Of a stretch of DNA of 64,000 bases, positions 16,702-25,920 are shown piece after piece. The translations under genes were made by a program, and so were the position numbers. Each line of letters starts with the position of its first letter. Position 1 is the stretch's first letter. The DNA comes from a bacterium (GTDB lineage: Bacteria; Patescibacteriota; Minisyncoccia; Phycocordibacterales; UBA12088). The notes under the pieces were generated by a model. That model was not told where the DNA came from. It did not search any database and saw only the letters and a list, made by a program, of their open reading frames with translations. The stretch spans positions 7,127 to 71,126 of the forward strand of contig QKEV01000011.1 of NCBI GenBank assembly GCA_003252295.1, given 5' to 3'.

Positions 16702-17628
16702 TTAGTAGAACAGATCCTCAAGTGCACCATACGATGTCGGACAGATAGTGAGTGCTTCACCTGGAAGGAGAAGGTTAGTGAGGTACTGTACCGCTTCTTC
16801 AAAACCACCTATCTCATCTATGAGACCAAGAGGTAACGCATCAGTTCCAAGGTATGCACGACCATCTGCAAGTGCCGCCAGGTCCTCACGAGAAAGTGGG
16901 TCACGTGCACTTGCAATCTGTGTCACCATGTACTCATGTACCTCATCAACTTCATTTTGGAAATGTTCACGTTCTACATTTGAGAGAACCCGTTCAGGAT
17001 GACCCGCATCCTTGTACGCGCCGCTTGAAATGTCTATCCAACGTGAACCTTGGTACTCGGTAGAGCTCGCAAGTTCAAGGTATGACATCGTTACCCCGAT
17101 AGACCCAACATCAGAAACAGGTGACGCAACAATGTAGTCTGTTCCAGCTGCTGCCCAGTACGCAGCGCTCGTTCCCCTGTCACGTATTACCGCAACTGTT
17201 GGCTTTGTGGCTGCAAGGAGTGCACGCATAATCTCATCACCGGCAACAGGCGTACCTCCAGGAGAATCAATATCAATAATGGTCGCTACAATACTATCAT
17301 CATTTTCAGCACGGTTGATTTTCTCAATGATACTGTCAGCACTCGTTACTGGTCCAAGATCCAACATGCCAGTAAGACCATTGTTAGTAGTAGCAATAAT
17401 ACCCTGCACCGGCACTCTCGCGACATTACATTTATTGTCCTCTCCACCCCCTGAAAATGACAAAACAACGACTAAAACTATTGCAGCAAGAAACCAAAAA
17501 ATAAGTGCTGGCACCATAAAAAGGAACGCAAGCGAAACCTTTAGTAGTTTTGTAAAAAAACCTTTTTTCTTTGAAACCTTATTAGTCTCTATAACAACCT
17601 GTTGTTCATCTGTTACATGTTGCTCCAT
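16702..17628 (-). CDS. sppA: Signal peptide peptidase SppA (S49, 36K type)
   Basis: N-terminal TM segment, GSIGV region with catalytic Ser, Lys-containing loop. Confidence 0.8.
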   Translation of the reverse strand: MEQHVTDEQQVVIETNKVSKKKGFFTKLLKVSLAFLFMVPALIFWFLAAIVLVVVLSFSGGGEDNKCNVARVPVQGIIATTNNGLTGMLDLGPVTSADSIIEKINRAENDDSIVATIIDIDSPGGTPVAGDEIMRALLAATKPTVAVIRDRGTSAAYWAAAGTDYIVASPVSDVGSIGVTMSYLELASSTEYQGSRWIDISSGAYKDAGHPERVLSNVEREHFQNEVDEVHEYMVTQIASARDPLSREDLAALADGRAYLGTDALPLGLIDEIGGFEEAVQYLTNLLLPGEALTICPTSYGALEDLFY

Positions 17629-17649
17629 ATATGTATTGTAACTATACCA

Positions 17650-17898
17650 CTAAGACCCAAGCAAAGTCTGCAAGGTTTCTAGGTAACCCGGCATGTAGGT
17701 GTGAAAAAAGATCTTTAAGAAAATAGGTAATGCAATAGTTGGTACAAGAATAGCCACAAGAAGGATGATCAAACGCCAAAACATAAACTTGCGCATTTGC
17801 CGTATGGATGTCTGCGTCATCTGCACTTGTGCCTCTATCTGGTTTAAACGCTCAAGTATCTCTTTATGTTCACTTTCTGTTTCCATGTACTCATTCAT
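17650..17898 (-). CDS. Small membrane protein, hypothetical
   Basis: 82 aa with one C-terminal TM helix. Confidence 0.4.
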   Translation of the reverse strand: MNEYMETESEHKEILERLNQIEAQVQMTQTSIRQMRKFMFWRLIILLVAILVPTIALPIFLKIFFHTYMPGYLETLQTLLGS

Positions 17899-17900
17899 AC

Positions 17901-18905
17901 TTACTCATGGTATAACGTTTTCGCTCGTTCCCAAAACTCAGGGTGTTCATGACGAACCTTCAACCAGTACCACCACTCAGCACCCCAGAGATACTGCTTC
18001 TCAAAACGAGTTTCGCGGGCATAGCTAATAATATTCTCAAACTTATCTATATTCATACGTGAAAGTTGGAGGTCAAGATCAGACTCTGTTACTGGTTTAT
18101 TGAGCCAGGGCTCAACAGATAGTTCAATGAGCATGGACTCCTTCTTCCCCAAAAGAAGCTCCATGAGTTTTCGTTTCGCAATGTACGCTTCAGGAGGAAG
18201 AGCTGTCTTGATAGGACCAGTCGTCTCGTTCCAGAGATGCACATACACACTAGTACCAAAACTGTCGCCACGTCGATATGCCCCAAACCAAGTACCCAAG
18301 TTGCCACTATCGGTCACCAAGACCGGGTGTGCAGGATCAAGCTCGTGCACAAGAGCTATCTCTTCATCAAGAAAGTCCTTGTCGAGCGAACCACACTCTT
18401 CACGTGCATACACGGTGAGGAAGGGTTCGTTCTCAACCTGCCAGTACGCAATAGCAGGGTTATCCTTGTAGCGCTCCACAAGCACCTTCAAGTACTCACG
18501 AAGATAGTCCTTTTGCTCATCCCAACTCTTATCCTGTGCCCACTCTGGCACATGACACTCCGGCCACCTCGGCAACCGTCGCCCAACAGCAAACACCACC
18601 TTTGCATCGTACTTATTAGCAAGTTCGAGCTGCCTATCGAGCTCTGCAAAGTTCCACACACCCTCCTCTGGTGAGACCATGGTCCAGTGAGCTGCAAGTC
18701 GAAGATGTCGTACTCCTAAGTCTTCAAGGATAGCCGTATATACTTCCTCCCAATCCAACCCGAGTTCCCTCGCGTAGAGTGTGTTAAACGAAACACCATA
18801 CTGCACCTTTTCCGGATACTCGGTATGTGTGAGGTAGAGCCATACGACCCAGAACAAACATACAGCTACTATAAGGTACACCATTGTTTTTATAAGAAAT
18901 TTCAT
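17901..18905 (-). CDS. Membrane-anchored glycoside hydrolase (GH5-like TIM barrel, NEP motif)
   Basis: N-terminal TM helix and WQVENEP acid/base motif. Confidence 0.55.
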   Translation of the reverse strand: MKFLIKTMVYLIVAVCLFWVVWLYLTHTEYPEKVQYGVSFNTLYARELGLDWEEVYTAILEDLGVRHLRLAAHWTMVSPEEGVWNFAELDRQLELANKYDAKVVFAVGRRLPRWPECHVPEWAQDKSWDEQKDYLREYLKVLVERYKDNPAIAYWQVENEPFLTVYAREECGSLDKDFLDEEIALVHELDPAHPVLVTDSGNLGTWFGAYRRGDSFGTSVYVHLWNETTGPIKTALPPEAYIAKRKLMELLLGKKESMLIELSVEPWLNKPVTESDLDLQLSRMNIDKFENIISYARETRFEKQYLWGAEWWYWLKVRHEHPEFWERAKTLYHE

Positions 18906-18906
18906 A

Positions 18907-19857
18907 CTACATGAACAGAAGGAAGAAACCGAGTACGATGAGTGGTATGGAAACAGCTTTCTGAACTATGTCACGAAAGGTCACATTTTCACCCCAATCT
19001 TTAGAAATGTAGCGACCACAACATACTGAGAACCCAAGAAGGAACAGGTACTGCAACCCTCCCAGTGCCTGAGGAAGTGACACCATACTCTTGTCCACCA
19101 TATCAACCGCCATGAGCATCATGATGCTGGCGATACCACCCAGGAGCTTGTTCCCTATAAGCAACATGCTGTCGCGTTTCTTCGCTCTCTGTGTACGCGC
19201 CATAACCTTTTCGTAGTAGTACGGAATGAGGAGCATGGAGAGTGCTATAGCCACAATAGCCATACGAGACCAGAAGAAGCCAGTGTCAAAGTTTGTCTCC
19301 TCAAAGAGTTCTTTCAAAACCACATAGTGCAAACCGAACATGATACCTGCATGGAAAACTGAGAACATGGTTTGCTTTGTAAAGCGAAGACCTGAGGTGA
19401 GGATAGTTCCTGCAACAAGAAGGAGCATGCCTGCAAGAAAGTTATGCGGCAGTGACGTATCAAAAAAGTAGTACCCGAGGAAAAATGTTGCAAGTGCATT
19501 TACAGCTCCAACAACAGGCACCACATCAGATGCATCTGAGTACTTTAAGGCAGTAAACATAGAGAGGAGTGCGGTAAAAAAGGTGTACCCAGTAGTGAGA
19601 GAAAGTGCAAATGTCGTAATAGTGAGTGCCTGTACATTTTCAAAAGTAGGTATGGATATTCCATCAACAAAGACGGGAATAGGGAGCCAACCAAGCAGAA
19701 AAACGAGTACGGAACCAGATGAAAGTATGCTAATCCAAAACGTATAGGTGAACGGACGAAGCACTACCGTTTCAGAACTAACGATGTACTTATCAATGAG
19801 GGCCACAGCAGCAAGAAAAACCTGTGCTACAACAACAAGTGTTAACCAAAGCGGCAT
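18907..19857 (-). CDS. Polytopic membrane protein (about 10 TM), possible transporter
   Basis: Hydrophobicity pattern only. Starts 2 nt after the downstream hydrolase gene. Confidence 0.45.
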   Translation of the reverse strand: MPLWLTLVVVAQVFLAAVALIDKYIVSSETVVLRPFTYTFWISILSSGSVLVFLLGWLPIPVFVDGISIPTFENVQALTITTFALSLTTGYTFFTALLSMFTALKYSDASDVVPVVGAVNALATFFLGYYFFDTSLPHNFLAGMLLLVAGTILTSGLRFTKQTMFSVFHAGIMFGLHYVVLKELFEETNFDTGFFWSRMAIVAIALSMLLIPYYYEKVMARTQRAKKRDSMLLIGNKLLGGIASIMMLMAVDMVDKSMVSLPQALGGLQYLFLLGFSVCCGRYISKDWGENVTFRDIVQKAVSIPLIVLGFFLLFM

Positions 19858-19925
19858 ACGTATATTGTACCCACTATTCAGTAACTAATCGCACATGTTA
19901 CCCACATGAAGAGTTGTTAAGATGA

Positions 19926-21149
19926 CTATTTTGAGTAGTGCACTATGAGATCCTTATAGACGTATGCAGATGGACGAATGGTACGCTCCTGCGTCTCGTA
20001 GTTTATCTCAACAAGACCAAACTTCATTTCAAAACCATCATCCCATTCGTAGTTGTCGAGCAGTGACCAGTAGAAGTGACCACGAACATCCACTCCTTCT
20101 TCCAGTGCACGTGCAACACCAGCCACCTGCTTTCGAATATATTCAGCACGATCCTTATCACGAGCATCTGCAATACCTGCCTCCGTAATAAGTATTGGCT
20201 TCTTGTACCTCTCTAAATACTTCAATGCATCGTAAATTTCCCAAGGAGTTACCTTCCAACCAATATCAGTCATATCAAAAACTTCTGTACCTCCAAAGTG
20301 TGTACTTTTATAGTAGTTCAATCCAATAACATCAAGTTTGTTCACTACACCCCTCAAAAAATGACCACTCTGAAAATACTGTGCAACTACAGCAAGCAAT
20401 TTGTTGAACGGATTCCAGTTACCAACAAAGAACCTTACATGCTTTACAACGCTCACCTGAACAAATGGGGCAATTTCTTTTATTGCATCATACGCACTGT
20501 TGTGTGCTTTAATGAGATTTCTCTGTACACGAAAAAAACTAACAATGTGCGAAAACCTTCCAATCCTTGCGGATGTTTTCTCTCCATAATCTTTTTCAAT
20601 ATCAATACCTAAAATACGTACACCTTTAAATGGAGGTCTGCATCCATACAAGTAACCATGTGTCACAAAAACACCTGGTTCATTTATTGTACTGAATTGT
20701 GTACATAGGTCAGACAACTCGGCAACCACATGACTAGCATACCTTGCAAAAAGTTTACTAAAATCTTTTCGTTCTACACCACCCCCTTCGTACAGCCAAA
20801 TTGGAAGTGTCCAATGCCATAAGGTAACTATAGGCTCAATACCTCTCTCGTGAAGTGCACGAAGTACGGTTCTGTAGTGCTCTATTGCCTCTGTGTCAAA
20901 CTCACCCTCACGTGGCTCAATGCGTGCCCATTCAACTGAAAAACGGTGTGCATTGTGTCCAAGCGATTTAGCAATATCAAAATCTTCTTGGTACCTATTG
21001 TAGTGGTCACAGGCATCACCGCAAACCGGCACCTTTCCCTCAGCAGCAGCTTGTGCCCAGTCGCAGTTGTATATACCACCCTCCACCTGGTAGCTTGCAG
21101 TTGCAGCACCCCACAGAAAACCCTTTGGAAACACGTTCTTTGAGTCCAT
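19926..21149 (-). CDS. Beta-glucosidase, glycoside hydrolase family 1
   Basis: GH1 N-terminal signature FLWGAATASYQVEGG and ILITEAGI nucleophile region. Start moved to Met25 (21149) because the longer track ORF overlaps the upstream terminator hairpin. Confidence 0.85.
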   Translation of the reverse strand: MDSKNVFPKGFLWGAATASYQVEGGIYNCDWAQAAAEGKVPVCGDACDHYNRYQEDFDIAKSLGHNAHRFSVEWARIEPREGEFDTEAIEHYRTVLRALHERGIEPIVTLWHWTLPIWLYEGGGVERKDFSKLFARYASHVVAELSDLCTQFSTINEPGVFVTHGYLYGCRPPFKGVRILGIDIEKDYGEKTSARIGRFSHIVSFFRVQRNLIKAHNSAYDAIKEIAPFVQVSVVKHVRFFVGNWNPFNKLLAVVAQYFQSGHFLRGVVNKLDVIGLNYYKSTHFGGTEVFDMTDIGWKVTPWEIYDALKYLERYKKPILITEAGIADARDKDRAEYIRKQVAGVARALEEGVDVRGHFYWSLLDNYEWDDGFEMKFGLVEINYETQERTIRPSAYVYKDLIVHYSK

Positions 21150-21194
21150 GTATATAGAATAGCATATGAGACAAAGCAAATATAAAAAACATGG

Positions 21195-21233
21195 GTAAAA
21201 AAATACGGGGCACTGATCCATTCAGTGCCCCGT
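21195..21233 (-). terminator. Rho-independent terminator
   Basis: 12-bp stem ACGGGGCACTGA tcca TCAGTGCCCCGT, followed on the reverse strand by ATTTTTTTA. Confidence 0.6.
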
Positions 21234-21312
21234 GGGGGACGCATACGCCTTACGTGTTCAAAACGCGAACAAAAGCGCATGCCAGGAAAATGTACTTACA
21301 TCCCTGCGGATG

Positions 21313-22011
21313 TTACGGAATGGAGACTTTGATCGATCCATCCATACTGCTCTTGAAATAATCAACCGCAGCATTTGCACCACTCAGTACCTCTTTGAAG
21401 TCCTGACCTGATGACTGTGACTGTACCAGTTCTGCAAACTCAAAACTGTTATTGTCTGACGGATCGCCCAATCTGACCTTTCCAGTGAGCAAAGTAACAG
21501 CTCCGACATCAACTTCCTTACCGTACGCAGCAACGCGCGTCGCACCATCTGCATTAAACATGGTTGCATCAAAGTACTCCGGCAAGCAGCCATCTTCACA
21601 GTTAGCACCGCCATCGACTAATACCCTGTCAACGCCCCAGACGTCCATCTTTTCGTACTGCATGGCTGCTTGAATCTCGCCACCAGCACCAAGATTGCCG
21701 GCACCTTCATTGATTGCTAACCATGCACCAGCACTCTGATAGGCAACATTGTCACCCACCTGATCAGGATCGCCGAATTGTGCATTTATGGCGGTTTCGC
21801 CTTGCGAGAGAAGTTTAACCTCATCACCATAACCATAGGTGTCGCCTGCAGCATTCACTATAACCGTGCCGCTACTAAGCTCACCAGCATAACAACCAGG
21901 ACCGTCACAGGTAATCACATCATCATCGCTGCAGTTATCGCAAGCAAATACATTTGCGGCTACTGCAAAAAACAAATAAAACATGGATACAACAAGCAGA
22001 ACCTTTTTCAT
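21313..22011 (-). CDS. Secreted hypothetical protein
   Basis: Signal peptide MKKVLLVVSMFYLFFAVAANVFA. Gly/Asp-rich. Confidence 0.5.
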   Translation of the reverse strand: MKKVLLVVSMFYLFFAVAANVFACDNCSDDDVITCDGPGCYAGELSSGTVIVNAAGDTYGYGDEVKLLSQGETAINAQFGDPDQVGDNVAYQSAGAWLAINEGAGNLGAGGEIQAAMQYEKMDVWGVDRVLVDGGANCEDGCLPEYFDATMFNADGATRVAAYGKEVDVGAVTLLTGKVRLGDPSDNNSFEFAELVQSQSSGQDFKEVLSGANAAVDYFKSSMDGSIKVSIP

Positions 22012-22311
22012 ACCACACCTCCGTTTTGTTTTTTTTCCCGTTTTTTTAACAAAAAACTCTTATCTGTACACCGGGTTTTCACCCAATGTAGATTTCCATA
22101 CCTTGTATATGCTACGTGGTACTGAAATGGGCAATTGCCCAGTGCTGCCGCGAATGTATCACACACTTTTTTATGTGTCAAGTGTTTTATAGTAGCAACA
22201 CTTGCGTATTCAAAATCTGTGTGGTATAAGTGCGGATAGTCAAAAGTACTCTGATAAATACATACAACAACAAAAACACTGAAGAAAAAACACCAACGAG
22301 GGGGTGTACCT

Positions 22312-22941
22312 ATGAAAAAAAGGATTCAAATGCTCATCTATTGTACTCTGCTCTGTTTCGTACCAGTACTTGTACAAGCGGAAACTGAGGGTTTTCTGAA
22401 GAGAAATAACACTCGTACGCCACAGCAAATGATCGAGGAAACGCTGCAACTGCCTGCATACGTGCAGGAAATTTTCTTTTCTACCATTCAGATCCATACA
22501 GGTCTCGACAAAGCGACCTTTGTGAAAAGAATCAAAAGTGGAAACTTTAAAGTAGCTACCGAGTTCCCACTCCAACTTCTCACGGCACGCATTGTCAACA
22601 AGGAGGTAGAGTGGTGGCGCGAAGTGGAAGACAAGGAAGCGGTTCTCTGGGTACCTGACAAACAGGGAGTTTGGGTTCCTGCATCCTTACCAGCGTGCGG
22701 TAACCCGGTTGAAAAAACCGAAACACTCAAGGCCATTGCCACCCAAAAGACAACTGGGGGTGGTGAGTACGTCTGTGAAGACTGTAACTGTATGTGGTGT
22801 GAACCTATTGGACCACCGCAGTACGAGCACGAAGGTGGTGATTCGATTCACTACCGAATTGGACGTTTCGTTTTTGAAGAAGCAACAGATACTGACGTAG
22901 AGGTATTCGTACCTGTCCATTGCGTTAACTTAGGAAAATGA
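22312..22941 (+). CDS. Secreted hypothetical protein
   Basis: Signal peptide; 4-nt overlap with the next gene. Confidence 0.5.
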   Translation: MKKRIQMLIYCTLLCFVPVLVQAETEGFLKRNNTRTPQQMIEETLQLPAYVQEIFFSTIQIHTGLDKATFVKRIKSGNFKVATEFPLQLLTARIVNKEVEWWREVEDKEAVLWVPDKQGVWVPASLPACGNPVEKTETLKAIATQKTTGGGEYVCEDCNCMWCEPIGPPQYEHEGGDSIHYRIGRFVFEEATDTDVEVFVPVHCVNLGK

Positions 22942-23585
22942 AGGGGGATGATATGAAGATTACAGGTAAAAGATTTGTTATTTTGTTGTCACTCACTTTG
23001 GCCATAGCCAGTCTTACCGGCTGCGGAAAAGGATGGCAAAGAACTGATTCTGGCTTCGATGTTTCTGGAGCCCCGCTCACCTGCCCTGAGGGCATCAAAG
23101 AAGGTGAGCAGTGTGTTGCAGTAGCCAAAACGCCTTGGGATCCAGGCGGAAGTGAAAAGATATCAGTTGTCTACACAGCCGTTAAAGGTGGCGGTAATTG
23201 CACTTTCACTCGCAAGGACAAGTACGGTAACGTAGTATTAGGTGATGACAATAAACCAGTAATAACTGTTGCCAAATGCGGTACTAAGATTGAAGCGATC
23301 AGGTCCGAAAAGGATCGCCTTGCTACCATTTCTGGCTACCTTATTAGCGGCGCCACCGAAATTGGAGGCAAGTTTATTGATCGGGACGCCAGGATTCAGG
23401 CTGCTGAAAGAGATAACAGCGGGGATACATGGATCATAGCACCGACCTCTAATGCAGTTGCCGGCTCGAGTTCTCATCCGTTTGTGTACTCGCCGAGCAG
23501 TGCAGGTGCAAACCAGTATACTGGTGTTGGTGTTTCAAATCAGCAAAGCGGCGTAGCAAGCTGCCCATCGGGCAAGTGTCAGTAA
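22938..23585 (+). CDS. Lipoprotein, hypothetical
   Basis: LAIASLTGC lipobox. Confidence 0.5.
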   Translation: MKGDDMKITGKRFVILLSLTLAIASLTGCGKGWQRTDSGFDVSGAPLTCPEGIKEGEQCVAVAKTPWDPGGSEKISVVYTAVKGGGNCTFTRKDKYGNVVLGDDNKPVITVAKCGTKIEAIRSEKDRLATISGYLISGATEIGGKFIDRDARIQAAERDNSGDTWIIAPTSNAVAGSSSHPFVYSPSSAGANQYTGVGVSNQQSGVASCPSGKCQ

Positions 23586-23608
23586 TATTCAACCTGTTGT
23601 TGTATCGG

Positions 23609-23646
23609 AAAGGCCGACGATCATATCGTCGGCCTTTTGTATTTAT
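23609..23646. terminator. Bidirectional intrinsic terminator
   Basis: GGCCGACGAT cat ATCGTCGGCC flanked by A-run and T-run, between convergent genes. Confidence 0.65.
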
Positions 23647-23652
23647 TCACCT

Positions 23653-24624
23653 CTAACGAGCAAGTGCTCGCTCTATAACATGCTCCAAGAAGTGTGGCAG
23701 CTTTGCTCCCACCGCATCAATCGCTTTTGGTACGAGTGATGTTGGTGTAAGACCTGGTAGTGTGTTTACCTCAAGAAAGAACACATCTCCTTGTTTGGTC
23801 ACCATGAAATCACTACGTGAATAGTCACGAAGTCCAAGCTCTCGATGCACGTGTCGCGCATGCTCCATGAGTGCCTGTGTGGTTGCACGATCGAAAGGTG
23901 CAGGACATAGCTCTCTCGCCCCTCCTTCGTCAGCATACTTCTCCTTGTAATCAAAAAAGTCACTGTTGGTGTACGCAATCTCAATAGGTGGAAAAACATA
24001 CAAATTCTCACCACGAAACCCTTCTGCAACCGCCACGGTCACCTCCCTGCCACGGATGTAGTTCTCAATGAGAGCTGTTGCACTCACCTCAAATACTTCA
24101 CGGAGTGCTGCGGCAAGTTCACGTCGTGTACGTACAAGTGCCGTTGCAACTGACGAACCGCCATCCATTGGCTTTACCACCGCAGGCATCATAAACGTCG
24201 TAAATAGCTCAAGTACCGCCTCGTCAGTATAGTCATCCACAACCATAACCCTATGCTCTGCAAACCGATATGGGGCACCTTCAAGTGCACGTTTCGCACT
24301 TGCCTTATGCATGGAGAGCGCACTCCCCAGTGGACCAGTTCCTGTGTACGCCTTACTGTGTGCGTCAAGGTACTGCTGTAGCTCACCATTTTCACCATAG
24401 GAACCATGTAGCGCTATGAAAAATACATCTATCTGGTCGAGTACTCGAATTGGATCCATTGGTCTGCCATGCAGGTGCCAGGTACCTTGCCGATCTATGA
24501 GTACATCACGTACATCAAAGTTACTATCAGCCAAATGTGACAACACCGTCTGACCGGTTTTGAGTGAGACGTCATACTCAGTTGACTGCCCACCACGAAT
24601 CACCCCTACTCGAGTTCTGTTCAT
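23653..24624 (-). CDS. ddl: D-alanine--D-alanine ligase
   Basis: N-terminal VGVIRGGQSTEYDVSL and an ATP-grasp core. Confidence 0.9.
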   Translation of the reverse strand: MNRTRVGVIRGGQSTEYDVSLKTGQTVLSHLADSNFDVRDVLIDRQGTWHLHGRPMDPIRVLDQIDVFFIALHGSYGENGELQQYLDAHSKAYTGTGPLGSALSMHKASAKRALEGAPYRFAEHRVMVVDDYTDEAVLELFTTFMMPAVVKPMDGGSSVATALVRTRRELAAALREVFEVSATALIENYIRGREVTVAVAEGFRGENLYVFPPIEIAYTNSDFFDYKEKYADEGGARELCPAPFDRATTQALMEHARHVHRELGLRDYSRSDFMVTKQGDVFFLEVNTLPGLTPTSLVPKAIDAVGAKLPHFLEHVIERALAR

Positions 24625-24645
24625 AAGAATAATTATACCAGAGCA

Positions 24646-25914
24646 CTACTCCCTCATTCTTCTCGCACGCCTCTTCTTGTGGAATGACAAAGCGAATCGA
24701 TGTGCCTCGCTATTTGCGAGCAGGATATCGTTCTGGTACCTATTTTTAACCTTGAGAGGTCCCTGAAGGTTTCGTGGTCGATGATGCTTATCCTTTGTAA
24801 CTGCAACAAGCGGTATGACCACACCTGCTTTTTTACAAACACGCTCAGCAACATTCATCTGCGCCTTACCACCATCAAGTACCATGAGTTTTGGATACTG
24901 CCACTCAGGGTGAGCTAAACGTCGTTCAAGCAGTTCCTCAAGTGCACCCGTGTCACTTCCTGAAGCAGCATCTCGAATAGTAAATGTTCTGTACTCACTC
25001 TTTTCCATCACACCACCATCAACAACCACCATAACACCCACCGTATCTGTACCACCGAGGTGTGCCACGTCATACGCTTCAACACGATACCCAGCACCTG
25101 AACGTAACGGTACATCTCGTTTTAGAAGTGACACATCCTCTATGTGTTGCAACGCAAAGAGTTGACGCTTTACCGTTGCTGCTTCTTCGAAACGTTCCTC
25201 TCGCGCAAGTTTATGCATGTCACGTTCAAGTGTGCGGAGTAGTGTCTTGAGCTTCCCATCAAAGATGGTTTTTAGGTAGCGCACCGTACGTGCGTACTCT
25301 TTCTGTGTTACATCTCCTCTTGGAAACACGCCAATTGATTCATTAAAGAGTAGTTTTCTATCATACTTTTCACGAAGCATCTGTACCGGTTCTTTTGTAT
25401 CGTAGTATGGAAAAATTTTTCGTAGCAACTTAAGTGCCTCCTTGAACTGACCAGCATGTGGAAACGGTCCATACACTAGTGGATCTTTATACCTCTTTCG
25501 CTCCCCCTGATACAAACGTTTAAGCTGTGCCAAAGTGATGGTTAGATCTTTACCACGTACCGTCAATAACCGTGGGTATACCTCATGTATTGTTATAACA
25601 AGATGGTTAAAACTTTTATCATCCTTATCTCGCACGTTGTACGGCGGCTTAAACTCCTTTATGAGCTTCGCTTCAAGAATGAGTGCTTCGAGCACAGAAT
25701 CAGTTGTACGAAAATCAACTCTCTCTGCCCGCTCTACCATACGAACGATTTGTACACCACGTGAAGCAAGTACATTTTTACCAAAGTAGCTTCGCACACG
25801 ACTCTTAAGCGACGTTGCTTTTCCAACGTAAAGCAGTTCACTCTTTTTTCCGAGAAAGAGGTACACTCCAGAGCAATCCGGAAGTGCCTGTATACTTGCG
25901 TGAGTAATCTCCAT
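24646..25914 (-). CDS. uvrC: Excinuclease ABC subunit C, short form (no C-terminal helix-hairpin-helix)
   Basis: GIY-YIG (GVYLFLG...LLYVGKATSLKSRVRSYF), a UvrB-interacting region and an RNase H-like endonuclease segment. 422 aa. Confidence 0.8.
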   Translation of the reverse strand: MEITHASIQALPDCSGVYLFLGKKSELLYVGKATSLKSRVRSYFGKNVLASRGVQIVRMVERAERVDFRTTDSVLEALILEAKLIKEFKPPYNVRDKDDKSFNHLVITIHEVYPRLLTVRGKDLTITLAQLKRLYQGERKRYKDPLVYGPFPHAGQFKEALKLLRKIFPYYDTKEPVQMLREKYDRKLLFNESIGVFPRGDVTQKEYARTVRYLKTIFDGKLKTLLRTLERDMHKLAREERFEEAATVKRQLFALQHIEDVSLLKRDVPLRSGAGYRVEAYDVAHLGGTDTVGVMVVVDGGVMEKSEYRTFTIRDAASGSDTGALEELLERRLAHPEWQYPKLMVLDGGKAQMNVAERVCKKAGVVIPLVAVTKDKHHRPRNLQGPLKVKNRYQNDILLANSEAHRFALSFHKKRRARRMRE

Positions 25915-25920
25915 ATCGTC

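Noticed and set aside
21150-21221. 24-codon N-terminal extension of the GH1 gene
   Set aside because: The extension runs through the 12-bp-stem terminator of the upstream gene, and the GH1 signature starts right after Met25.
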